From Octopus sinensis (taxonomy: Eukaryota): 64,000 nt of DNA. Where the stretch lies: the NCBI RefSeq assembly GCF_006345805.1, contig NC_043018.1, positions 15,376,001-15,440,000 on the forward strand, given 5' to 3'. Shown here piece after piece: positions 13,396 to 26,849 of this stretch; position 1 is the stretch's first letter, and every line of letters begins with the position of its first letter. A program made the translations under genes and the position numbers. The notes below the pieces were generated by a model. It did no database searches and was not told where the DNA came from. It saw nothing but the letters and a program-made list of their open reading frames with translations.

Positions 13396-14383
13396 CACAT
13401 ACATACATATGTAAAGATATACATCTAGATCTTTTTATTGTTGTAGAAATTTGAACAAACTGAAAGAATAGTAACAGTACCTGCTCAGGAAATCACATAT
13501 AACATCATTGACTGTCCAACGGATAAAATATCCAGTGCCGAATTCTCAGTCTCTCTACATTCAAATTTGCAACTGAGCAGCAATAAACTAGATGGCACTA
13601 TAGTCCATACAGGATGTTTTGAATGTGATGAAAATTATCGTAATTGTGTTTACAAGGTAAGTTCTCATTTCAAAGATTCAATCCAAATTCTACTTGTAAG
13701 ATTTATTGTAATTTTATTTAAATGTTGGTGCTCCAGCATAGTTATGAAATAAACTAAATATGAAGGGCCTTTGAGAGAAATTTTCCCATGTGGAACAAAT
13801 GTGGTTTATGGCCCAAATGTGGTGTTGAGCTCCTCTTGAAATTCAAAGGGCTTCTGAAGTCTTTTTTATTGAAGGATGGCACTATCAGATATTCTTTGGT
13901 TCTCTAGACCCAAGACCATTGTACCAGTTGAAGACCCCGTCCCCACTTTTAAAGTATGACTCACCCTTATTCTTCATCTTTCTTTTACCAACTGTCAAAT
14001 AGATAAAGCTATTAGGATTATCTGCTTTGGTTAGATGTTGCTAGCCAAATGCAAAAGTGAATTTTATCTTTTATTTTATCCTTCATCAAAAAGGAAGAAA
14101 ATGGAACAATTCGTGCTCTTGAGTCCGTTAGTTATTAGGGGATTCATTCATATTGTTGCTGGGGCCAACCGTCATATGATGGGGTCAACTATCATATGTT
14201 GGGTTCAACATCACATGCTGGAGTCGGCTGTCATTCATTGAGGTCAACAAGCCACATGTGAGATAAACTGATTTATACTTACCATTGCTTAATAGGGACA
14301 TACATATATGGATACATATACATGTGTGTATGTAAGTGTTTATATATATATATATATATATGATTATATATGTGTGTATGTGC

Positions 14384-14415
<32 letters not shown>

Positions 14416-17400
14416 ATGTGTTTGTGCATGACTATGCCACCATTAGTGAGAGTTTCAAGTACTATCAATACATTGCCACAAATAATTGTCAAAATGTTTG
14501 GTGAGTAATTAAACATATTCACCATGTATTTCTACACTTTTACATTTGCATGCCCACCACCACCGAAATATACACACCACACCCTCACACACACACATAC
14601 CCCCTTGTGTGGGTGTGTGTGTGTGTGTGCGTGCATGTTCTTGTGTTATTGTATGTCTTTTTATTTTCTGTTTCAGGGAAACTCAACAAGAAACAATGGA
14701 ACTCGGGTAAATTTATCTCCCTTTATTTATATAAATCTTTTCATTTCTTTATATTCGTTATATTATGTTATGTTATTTATTTATTTATAGTGTTTATTTA
14801 TTAATTTATGTTATTTATATCCTTTATTTACGTAGCTTTATTTATATATACTTTGTTTATAACTCTAAAACCAGTCAAGATATGTTATATTCAAATAAAA
14901 TTTGTCTACAAACAAAACAACCTCAATGAACACCATTATCATTAATTAATACATTAATTAATTAATTGGTCATCTCTTGCATGTCTAAACAGAAGTAGAG
15001 TAACATAAGAATTAGATGACTTCCCAGATATTAACCATTACTCTCACAAGCCATCTGCTCTTTCCTTTCTCCCTTTATTTCTATTTCATAACCATATTTG
15101 AACTCTTGCACAATTTATTCTAATGTTATCTTTTCGTTAATGCTGTTATTGTGGCCAACAGTGTGTAAGTGATTTGAGAGAGAAACTGGGTACACATAGC
15201 ATCAGATGTAGCGTGCAAGAGAAAAAACTGCACTGGTATGGCTGTGTAATGCATATGAATGAAGACTATTGGATCAAGAAATGCCAGTCTCTAATTGTAG
15301 AGGGAACATGTGCAAGGAGTAGACCCGAGAAGACACGGGATGGAGTGGTGAAAAAGGATCTACAGACATTGGGACTCACAGAGAAGATGACAAGGGGTCA
15401 AGACTCTTGATGGTCTGCTGTGCTCCAAAAGACACATCAAGCCTAGTAAAAGTACAGTTGCCCTTGCATACAAACTCATCCCCTGCAAACCTTCTCCAGC
15501 TGAGCATCCCTAAGATTGCGGGCTTGTAAGTGCTGGTGCCATGTAAAAAGCACCGGTGCTGCGTAAAAGCACCCAACACACTCTGTAAAGTGGTTGGCAC
15601 CAGAAAGGGCATTCAGCCGTAGAAACCATGCCTAAATAGACAGAAAGCCTGAACAGCCCTTCAGCTGGTCAGCTTCTGTCAAACCATCTAACCCATGCTA
15701 GCATGGAAAACAGATGTTAAATGATGATGATGATGATGATGATAATGGGGGGAATAAAATCAGAAACCCTCCCCTCCACCCACCAAAACAAAAAAATTGT
15801 TATCTGCATATTTACCAAACTTTGTGACTAAACATCTGCACTGGTTCTGCACACATTGCAGTACATTCCATGCTATTTACTAGTGAGAGCAATATAATGG
15901 CATTTCTGGGATCATTCAGTATTTTCAAAGACACCTAAATGGCATGAGGTTGCATGGCTGTGTACATGTGTGCGAGTGTGTGTATATGTGTCTGTGTATG
16001 TATGTATGTATGTATGTAGGGACACACACACACACACACACGCATATATGTATGCATACACACACACATATACATACACACAAACATGTATGTATATATA
16101 TACACACATACCCATCATCATCATCATCATCATCGTTTAACGTCCATTCTCCATGCTAGCATGGGTTGGACGGTTCGACCGGGGATCTGGGAAGCCAGAA
16201 GGCTGCACCAGGCTCCAGTCTTATCTGGCAATGTTTCTACAGCTGGATGCCCTTCCTAACGCCAACCACTCCGTGAGTGTAGTGGGTGCTTTTTACATGC
16301 CACCTGCACAGGTGCCAGGCTAGGCTGGCAACGGGCACGGTCGGATTGGTGTATTTTATGTGCCACCGGCACGAGGGCCAGGTGAGGCTGGCAATGGACA
16401 CGAACAGATGGTGCTTTTTACGTGCCACCGGCACAAGGCCAGTCGGGGCGGCGCTGGCAACGGTCGCGAAACGGAAACGGAAAGGTTCTCTTACATGCCA
16501 CCGGCACTGGTAACACATCTGCAATTTCCATTGATCGATTTCGATTCTGATCCTATATATATATAATGCTTTTTATCTTCTGGCAGGAAACCCATTGCTA
16601 TATTGACTATACTTGTTACGAGAAAGGAGAATTCAACCATAAAGAGAGTCGACTGTATTGTGATCCTGAAATTGATGCAAGAGTCTGGCAAACTTCCAAA
16701 GGTTGGTTGCAAGATAAAAAAAAAAAAAACTCTCACCTGCTCACTAAGTTTTGTTATCTATCTACATTACAGCCTACTAACTATTCTACTTTACCTGTGT
16801 AAACTGTGGGTAAGGGGATATGATATCTGCTATGTGTATTTCCTATTTAGTATTGGTCGGCCCGAGGCTATAGTAGAAGACACTTGCCCAAGGTGCCACA
16901 CAGTTGGACTGAACCCAGAACCATGTGGTTCGTAAGCAAGCTACTTACCACACAGCCACTCCTACGCCTAAATGCATGTGCATTTTTCTCACACATGCAT
17001 AGTATCAATCGCAACAGCTGATGTACTTGCGCATGCAAATGCACGTTCCCACGGCTTTATGGATCGCATTCTCACCTGGAATTGATTTCTGTAATTTTTT
17101 CAGGACTTATACATGCCCTGATACCATCGGTATCTACATATCAAATCTGAGCGCAATCGGATGGAGGATGGAATGCCCAAGATCCTCGAAGACACACAGA
17201 ACGGATTTTATATAATAGATATATATATATATGCATATATGTGTCCTCTGTGTATATATGTATATATATATATATATATATATTGATATATTTCGGAATG
17301 GTCATATTGCCAGTTTAGCCAATATTTAAACATATATATATATATATGCATATATGTATGTCATCTGTATATATATATATGTGTGTGTATGTAGATATAT

Positions 17401-17704
17401 ATGGTTTAAATGTACAGAAAACAAAAGACAAAGATAGGTGAGAGAACAACAAGCAGGTGTATTAGTTTGGTGCTCAGGAAAAATGGGAAAGTCTTTGACA
17501 TTTCATGGCTGTGCTCTTAGAAAGGGGTGAGAGGAAAAAATAGTGACAAAGAAAAAGAAAAAAAAGATGCAGAGGTTAATGATTTAACATCAGTATAAAC
17601 GTATATATATATGTGTGTATATACATATATATACGTATGTGTGTGTATATACACATATGTATGTATGAGTGTGTGTATATATATATATATAATTATAGAT
17701 ATAC

Positions 17705-17736
<32 letters not shown>

Positions 17737-17761
17737 ATATGTATGTATATATATGTGTATG

Positions 17762-17795
<34 letters not shown>

Positions 17796-17851
17796 TGTAT
17801 ATATATGTATATATATGTGTATATATATATGTATATATATGTATATATATG

Positions 17852-17882
<31 letters not shown>

Positions 17883-17893
17883 GTATATATATG

Positions 17894-17924
<31 letters not shown>

Positions 17925-20900
17925 TTTTATGTATTTATGTTTGTACATTCATGCTCACATATTGTTCAAAAAGAAATATAGTTATTTTCATGTAATATCT
18001 TCTAATTTTTTTTTTTGTGTGTGTTTTTGTTTCAAACCAGATTTATGCCAGGGTTTGGAATTGATGTGGAGGAGACAGAAAGGTGCTTTCCTGAATGTGA
18101 ATCCGAAAGAAATGTTGAAATCTGTGCCAGATGTCAATGCTTGCAAAAATGCTTGCATGTCAAAACAGGATTACACTTGCAAGTCAATCAACTACATTGA
18201 AAACCTTAAGGAATGTTATCTGAATGCTGAAGATTTTGTAGACTTTCCAAACAAGCTTGATACATCTGTTAAAGATTCTGAATATCATGAATGGAAATGC
18301 AAAAATGGTAAGTTCTTGTCCATGATAGATATTTAAATGACTCTTATAATAAGATGGTCTTCAAAGATTGTTTCAGTATTATTGGAACAAAGACATGAAA
18401 ATACAGTTCAATCCTTTCGTTACCAACCCGTCTGAAACCAGCTCTGGCTCTTTAGTATAAATGTTTTGTTTCCATAAGTTTTGAATTCAAATCTTCCACC
18501 AAACCTGAGTGACAATTTATGTTCCTAACACTAGCTCAATGATAATGAAGTTATTTTACTAAATTCTTTATTATATTCAAAATAATTGGAAGAAACACAG
18601 AGCATCTCAAAATAAATACAATAATGAAAGGGTTAACATTTAATTCCATGGATTATATTTTTGATTCAAATGAAAGGAACATGGTTTACATTCCGGTTAT
18701 TTGGAGCACTTGGTACCTTGCTTTTACAATATGTTCTTTCTATTGTTACTAAATAGATTTAATCTTACAATACCAAATTTCTGTTAATGGATGGCCTGGC
18801 TGGAATTAATTGATTCCTTCACTTTCATCTGTCTCTCTTTTACCATGGCCTGTCTCTTTTACAATCCATCACATTATGTGTTGAACAGTTTAATCTCTGA
18901 GTGTCATCAGGCACTTTAATGCCAGATATGTACGTAGTGCTAGATTGGATTTGAACTTGTAATATTTATGCCTAAAGTAAAGAGAGTAACATTCTTATCC
19001 GCTATGCCGTTGATGCATATTTCATCTCTTATGATAAAATTAGTTGTGAAAAATAATATGAGTATATTATCAGAATATGCTTAAATATCTCAAAAATTAA
19101 ATGTTGAATGTAAATTCTAGATTATCTGGAATATAAATTCATCATATAAAATATAAATTTATCATATTTCAAAAGCTTGGAACTTCACAATTACTCCTGC
19201 CCACAAGAAACTTGTTCCTGCCCCTTCTTTGTACTTTAACCTCTCAACACCTAGAAGGAAAACCACCTCCCTTATCACCATGGTTCCACACAGATGAGGT
19301 GGATCTTAGTCTTGTGGGGTACATAGTGACCTCACTAGTGCTGGTACTACTAATAAAGCATCCAGTACACTCTGCAAAGTGGTTGACATTAGGAAGGGCA
19401 TTCAGCCATAGAAACCATGGTTAAGTAGAGCATGCCATAGTCCTCCAACTTATGAAATCCTGTCAAATCATTCAACCTCTGTCAGCATGGAAGACAGATG
19501 TTAAAGAAGGATTATGAAGATGCCAATATATCTAATATATTGCATCATAATTTAATTTGTATATCATACACATATATAAAACAACAGCAACAAGTGTTTC
19601 AAAGCCCTTTTCTTCTGCTAAACCAGGGATTAACTTTATCAGTCTCCTGTCAGGCCCCATTTTGCACTCTTCTCTACTTTCTTCTTCACCCACAAACCTT
19701 TCATACCCAACTCCATCATCTTTAGCTTTGTCTTTTTCCATTCTCTTCTTGTTCCTGTGATATTCATATGGTGCTTATATTAAATGATATATTGATATAA
19801 TACTTAATAAAATATTTTTAAAATGTAAGTAAATTTGTGCATATAGTGTTTATAGATTAAAATAATTCCAAGAAGAGTTTATTGAACTTTACATAAGAAA
19901 ATTCTAATCTCCCTGAAATTATATATCTTGTTGGTTTTCATCTCATTTCAGATCCTTGCGGAAAAAGAGGCTGGATGGTGGAGCGAAAAATTGGTTATTC
20001 CATCGCTGGCTATACCAATAAGGTTATTTCTAATATTTCATCCTATTCTGAATGTCTGAGATTATGTTTACAAGAAACAAGCTTCTTGTGTCGATCTGTT
20101 GATGCTAGCATTCTGTTCAAAATGTGCTATCTATCTTCTGCCAACCGAGCACAATATCCATCAATGTTCATTAAATGGCCCTACTATGGTTATCTGGAAT
20201 GGAATTGTAATGGAGGTAAGTATTAATTTAGTTTCTAGTTCTTGCTTCCACCCATTGTTTGAAGACAGGTTCTGTTAGCAGTTAAATTTTAGATTTAAGC
20301 ATGTTACCAATAGTGTACTGACTTCATGGCTACACCACTGTATGGTTCCTGGTACCAGGCATTGCTTCAGAAGCTTGTGATATCGGGTTTGATCACTGTG
20401 CATGTCACCTTTAACAAGGGGTTTCTACTATAATGTCAAACTGCTCAATATCTTGTCAGTGGAAGTCAGTCAACTACAACTGGCATATATGTGTGTGTAT
20501 GTATGTGTATATATATATGTATATATATATGCATGCATGTATGTATGTCATCATATAACGTCCATGTTCCATGCTGGTAAGGGTTGACTGGTTTGACAAG
20601 ATCCAGTGAGTCCAAGAACTGTCTTATGTTCCAACATCTGCTTTGAGATGGTTTCTATGGCTGGATTTGTCCCTAATGCTAACCACTTTTCTGTGTGCCA
20701 TCGGTGCTTTTTCTGTTTGTGCCACATGCACTACTGAGGTCACCATGCAGCTCTCAAGAGTGCAAACCTCAAAGCAAAGTGGAGTCAACTTCATGCTGGG
20801 GATTGATGAGGTACAACATGAAGGAGGAGTGCAGAAAAGGTTCTTGTAGAAGAGCTGCTTGGCTGTTCACATTTAGTAGAGGAAGAAGAGAATAATCAGT

Positions 20901-21584
20901 CGGAGAGGTAAAGAGATAGACAGGAGGTATGGTATCCAGGCACAAGATAAGTAGAACTGAGTAGATGGAGCTGTCGCATGACTGTATGGGAAACAGAAGA
21001 TGAGGGGACAAGGTGGGAGCCTGCTGCTGTAAAAGAAGTTGGATAGAGTTGAAGGGTGATGATTGATGAATTGGGGAAGGTGGAGATGCAGAAGGAAGTA
21101 GGTGGAGAGGAGAATGGCAAGATAGTAATGATACAGTAGACAGAGAAAGGAGGACAAGAGAAAGATATGACAAGATGGAATTAAGCTATGGGAGCAGGGA
21201 GGAGTGGTAGGCATAATAATGTGTGATAAAATGTAGTTTGGTTCATTTGAAGGAGGTGAGAGAGAATCAGTTTAACATATGAGTGGAGAACACACAATGT
21301 ACAAAACTTCAAGGATTTGTTCTCTGTAGAGATCTTTCATTCATTCACTATTTAACACCCAATTCTAATCTTGGCAAACGTTCTTTCATTATATCATTTG
21401 TATTATAAAACCATTCAAATGATGCGCAGGAGTGGCTGTGTGGTAAGTAGCTTGCTAACCAGCCACATGGTTCCGGGTTCAGTCCCACTGCGTGGCATCT
21501 TGGGCAAGTGTCTTCTGCTATGGCCCTGGGCCGACCAATGCCTTGTGAGTGGATTTGGTAGACGGAAACTGAAAGAAGCCCGTC

Positions 21585-21624
<40 letters not shown>

Positions 21625-23407
21625 TTGTGTGTCTGTGTTTGTCCCCCTAGCATTGCTTGACAACTGATGCTGGTGTGTTTACGTCCCCGTTACTTAGCGG
21701 TTCGGCAAAAGAGACCGATAGAATAAGTACTGGGCTTACAAAGAATAAGTCCCGGTGTCGATTTGCTCGACTAAAGGCGATGCTCCAGCATGGCCGCAGT
21801 CAAATGACTGAAACAAGTAAAAGAGTAAAAAGAGTAAAGAGTATGCAAAATACACAAGAAAATGCAATCACTAATATTGAAATAAATTATTCATAAGTAC
21901 TTTGTTTCATTGTGGTTATAACTAAGGTTTTTAGGGGAAAAATAATAGAAATTGAATACATAAATATGTGTATGTATATATAGATATAAACAGATATATG
22001 ATTAATGAAAAACAATTAAATTAACTTTGTTTTATTTTTGTTTCCTCTTTGTGTTTTTGTTGTTTCTCATGAAGATCCACCAAGTCTGATGTTTGCTTCA
22101 CCAACTGTGAATGTTTCGAGGAAAGACCACAAGATTCAATGCCAATTGCCAAATCTTTCAAAAAATGTAACCAATGCAACGTACTATGTTAGATGGATGC
22201 TAAATGAAGATATTGTTGACCAAACGACTTTGATTGCAAACGGAAGTCAGAAAGTCGTTACTCTTGATGATAAATTGACATCAAACATGTTATACGGAAC
22301 TCAGGTAAATTGACACATTAACCTGTATTATTGTTGTTGTTCTTATTGTTGATTAAGCAAAAGTCAAACTGGTTGGCTCCAAGGCATTCCACTCATGACA
22401 ATACATTTTCATATTTTTGTTTTTGCTATGCTTTCATCATCATCATCATCATCATCATTTAGCATCCGCTTTCCATGCTAGCATGGGTTGGACGGTTCAA
22501 CTGGGGTCTGTGAAGCTGGAAGGCTTCGTCAGGCCCAGTCAGAATCTGGCAGTGTTTCTACGGCTGGATGCCCTTCCTAACGCCAACCACTCCGTGAGTG
22601 TAGTGGGTGCTTTTTAAGTGCCACTGGCACAGGTGCCAGACAGAGCTGGCAAACGGCCACAAACGGATGGTGCTTTTATGTGTCACCGGCTTTATGAATG
22701 AAATTTCATGAGTGAAAACTACAGAATCCCAGTGTATGTGTGTGGGTGGTGGGGACTGAAGAATGAGTGAAATGAGTTGACAATAGTCTTCTTAGCTGCA
22801 TTTTCAGGGTTATGACTAACCATATTAAACTCTGATTCATCATCATCATCGTCATCATCATCATCATTTAATGTCCATCTTCCATGCTGGCATGGGTTGG
22901 ACGGTTTGACAGGCGCTTGCCAGAGAGAAGACTATCCCAGGCAACTGTGTCTGTTTTGGCTTGGTTTTTATGATTAGATGCCTTTCCTAACACCAATCAA
23001 CCCACTCATAAAGTGGACTGAGTACTTTTACGTGGCAACAGCGCAAGTGAGGTTAGTTTTGACATAACTTTTACAGCTGGATGCCCTTCCAAATGCCAAC
23101 CGCTTCACAATATGGACTGGATGCTTTTTATGTGGCACCAGCACTGGAATGGTCACCAAGTACCTTGCAAGACAAGAAATTTTGATAAGAGACGGGGCAT
23201 TGGAGGAGGTGATCTTGTGTCAGATGATGAAGGTTAGAGTGTAACAGAGAGACAGAGAAGCAGAAACAGATGTCTTGCTATAGAGGAGGTACATAATTAC
23301 CCAGCCAGTGAGAGGGAGAGTGGAGAAGAGGAAGAGATATTATTGTATATTTTTAGTAAGACATTGTTGGGTAGGTGTAAGAAGCTGAATCTTGACATAT
23401 ATATATG

Positions 23408-23442
<35 letters not shown>

Positions 23443-24538
23443 GTGTATGTGTGTGTGTGTTTGTGTGTCTGTGTTTGTCCCCACAACATTGCTTGACAAC
23501 CGATGCTGGTGTGTTTACGTTCCCGTAACTTAGCAGTTTGGCAAAAGAGACCGATAGAATAAGTACTAGGCTTATAAAGAACAAGTCCTGGGGTCGATTT
23601 GCTCGACTAAAGGTGGTGCTCCGGCATGGTCGCAGTCAAATGACTGAAACAAGTAAAAGAGTAAAGAGTAATCTATGCACTTTGCTAGTTCACCAGTCAG
23701 CTGCAATAGGATGTGATGGAGGTGACTCTCGTCATAGAGACAATTCATCCCTATTCCCATTCAGGAGCGATGGACATCAATGTTTCACCATTTTTGTGGC
23801 TTATCAAAATCACGAACTGAAGGTAAATTGAATAGCTTATCCATGACTATATATAGAATGGTGTAAGTACCATCCGCTGGTATGCCTGAACAATGCATAC
23901 ACAGGAATAAACTCAAATATGAATTTGAAGCAGCATTAGTGTTGGAAGCATTACCGAATACAATTACAAAATGCATGTGATTTGAGTACATGTGCATCAT
24001 TATCATCTTCATCATCATCACCATCTTTAACGTCCACCTTCCATGTTGTCATGTGTTGGACGGTTTGACAACTGGCCAGGTAGAAGACTACCCCCAGACG
24101 TCTGTGTCTATTTTGACACAGTTTTTGCAACTAGATGTCCTTCATAACACCAACCACCCAACAAATATATTTTCCTCTGCTCTATTTCATTTTGTCTATT
24201 TATCTCTTTTTATTTGGTGTTTTTATTTCAGGTTAGATGTAGTGTTTCCATCTGTGAGAAAAACGATTGCCTGAACAGCAGTGTTTCTGAAAAAATCAGT
24301 GAACCATTAACTCTGTCAATAGAGGTCAGTTTCTAAACATTAAAAAAATTCTCAGATTCCATGTTTCACTTCCAATAATAGCATTTTCTAGTTGTGTTTT
24401 TATTTTCATTTATTCATTCTGAATATATATTTGTTGCATATGTCAAACAAAACATCTGATAAGTAGTTTTGCCTTGAAACATTTTTAATTCTTGTTAATG
24501 AAGTTAATACAGCATCAAATATGCTTTACTGTATGTGC

Positions 24539-24580
<42 letters not shown>

Positions 24581-26818
24581 TTATGGTCTAGAGTCAAAAC
24601 TTCCAATGAATTTTGGATGACATATTCTGCTGTCCATCAGCTCTCCGTGACCAAGGCTAAATTGACCAAAGCTGAATGAAATTAAAGTAACAGCTTTCAA
24701 GGTAACTGACCATTCATTATCTGCTAGAATATACTGTCTTTGTTTCACTAAACTTGTGGAATAAAGAAGAATTTAGTAAAATAGTCCTGCCATTATGTTT
24801 GGAATATTAATAATTTGGAATTTTATTGGAAAGGTTTAATTTAATCCTTTAGTGTTCAGATTATTCTATCAAACATAATGCTTATTGATTCCCATTGATT
24901 TGAATTAATCATGCATTATCTCATATCTTCAAGATCTTGATGGTGTAATTACTTAATGTAGAATAACATTGTAGGGTAGGTGTGAGGGCCTGGATCTGGT
25001 CAGTTTGAGCATAAAACAGATTAAATATTTTGGCCGGATACTGCCGGTTTAAATACTAAAGGGTTAAATCCATCTAAGCCAGGAAGTTTGCATTGTAGAG
25101 CCAAGGTGGGTATCAAAAGGGTTTAAACCCTTGTAGGCGATTGATGAATATACTTTCAGCTGTTTTTCTTTCCTCAGATGTCTTGAATAGTATTGTTTTG
25201 CTGTACATCATGAAGGAGATATATTTGCAGTGTGTGTGTGTGTGTATGTGTGTGAGAGAGAGAGAGAGAGAGTTTAAATTGCTTTTCATCCTTTCAAGGT
25301 TTATAAAATAAGTACAAGTTGAGCAACAGGTGGATGTAATTGACATACCCCCATCCTGAAATTGCTGGCCTTGTGCCAAAATTTGAAACCATTATCAGTA
25401 TTATTATTAAGGTGGCAAAGTCACAGAATCATTCGCACTCCAGATGAAATGCTTAGCAACATTTTGTCCATGTTTATGTTCTGAGTTCAAATTCTGCTGA
25501 ATTCGACTTTGCCTTTCATTCTTTTGGGGTTGATAAAATAAGTACCAGTTGAACATTGGGATTGATGTAATTGAGTTACATCCACCCTCGAAAATGCTGG
25601 CCTTGTACCAAAATTATTATTATTATCATTATTATTATTATTATATTATTATTATTATTATTGCTATTATTATTGTTATTAAAATTTTTTTTCTCTAGGT
25701 AATTTCACCAAAGTATATTGAGTTGATGGAAGGCACTAATTCTACGGATATCTTACTTACAACATCAGTTCCAGCATCTTTGTACTGTGGGGAGTTTTGT
25801 AGCATTCGTGTATCAGTTGCTCTTGTGGAAACAGAAAATGGACATAGATGTGGGAAGAAAGTTGCTCAAGCTACAACTTTATTGAAAGGCATGAAATGCA
25901 TGTACGAGATACCCAAAGACAAATGGTGGTTACCCCTGGCAATACCATTCAAGGCCAAAAATGATATGATTTCAGACCCAGACCAAACTAGAGATCTCAA
26001 ACTGACTGTAAACGTCTATCAGAATAATTCATTAGTAAAAAACCTGAAACAGGAAACTTTAAAGGTAAATCCCATTGTAGTTGTTATTCGTTCGATTTAT
26101 TGTCGTTGACTGTGAATTGATGAAAAGGAAAGCAGTTCTGCGTGAGATTTTAACTCAGGATATCAAAAGCATTGATACCTTAGCTTCCTCCTTAATGTGT
26201 GCCAACACACATACATGCACACACACACACACACACACACACATGTGTATGCACACAGACAAACACACACACACTTACACACACACACATACATGCATAC
26301 ATACATAGCTGATTTGAAGACTAATGATCCAAGCCATCACTGGAACTTTAAAATTCTGTAAAACTTTCCAGAAGTTTATCATTTACGTATATATGAGCAT
26401 GTCTAGATATACAGCTTCCCAACCACATGATTCCGGGTTCATTCCCACTGCGTGGCACCTTGGGCAAGTGTCTTCTGCTATAGCCTCGGGCCGACCAAAG
26501 CCTTGTGAGTGGATTTGGTAGACAGAAACTGAAAGAAGCCTGTCGTATATATGTATATATATGTATGTATGTATGTATGTGTGTGTATATGTTTGTGTGT
26601 CTGTGTTTGTCCCCCCAACATCGCTTGACAATTGATGCTGGTGTGTTTACATCCCTGTAACTTAGTGGTTCGGCAAAAGAGACCAATAGAATAAGTACTA
26701 GGCTTACAAAAAATAAGTCCTGGGTCGATTTGCTCGACTAAAGGCGTTGCTCCAGCATGGCTGCAGTCAAATGACTGAAGCAAGTAAAAGAGTAAAGAGA
26801 GTAAGAGTATATAGCTAT

Positions 26819-26849
<31 letters not shown>

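Noticed and set aside
17611-18040. N-terminal half of the 241-aa ORF (YI repeats)
   Set aside because: Intronic (TA)n that happens to be open in frame with exon 7; a good acceptor lies at 18040.
20769-21290. Ser/Pro/Leu-rich minus-strand ORFs (also 53100-53470)
   Set aside because: Purine-rich degenerate sequence attached to family B copies; no recognisable domain or splice sites fitting the gene.
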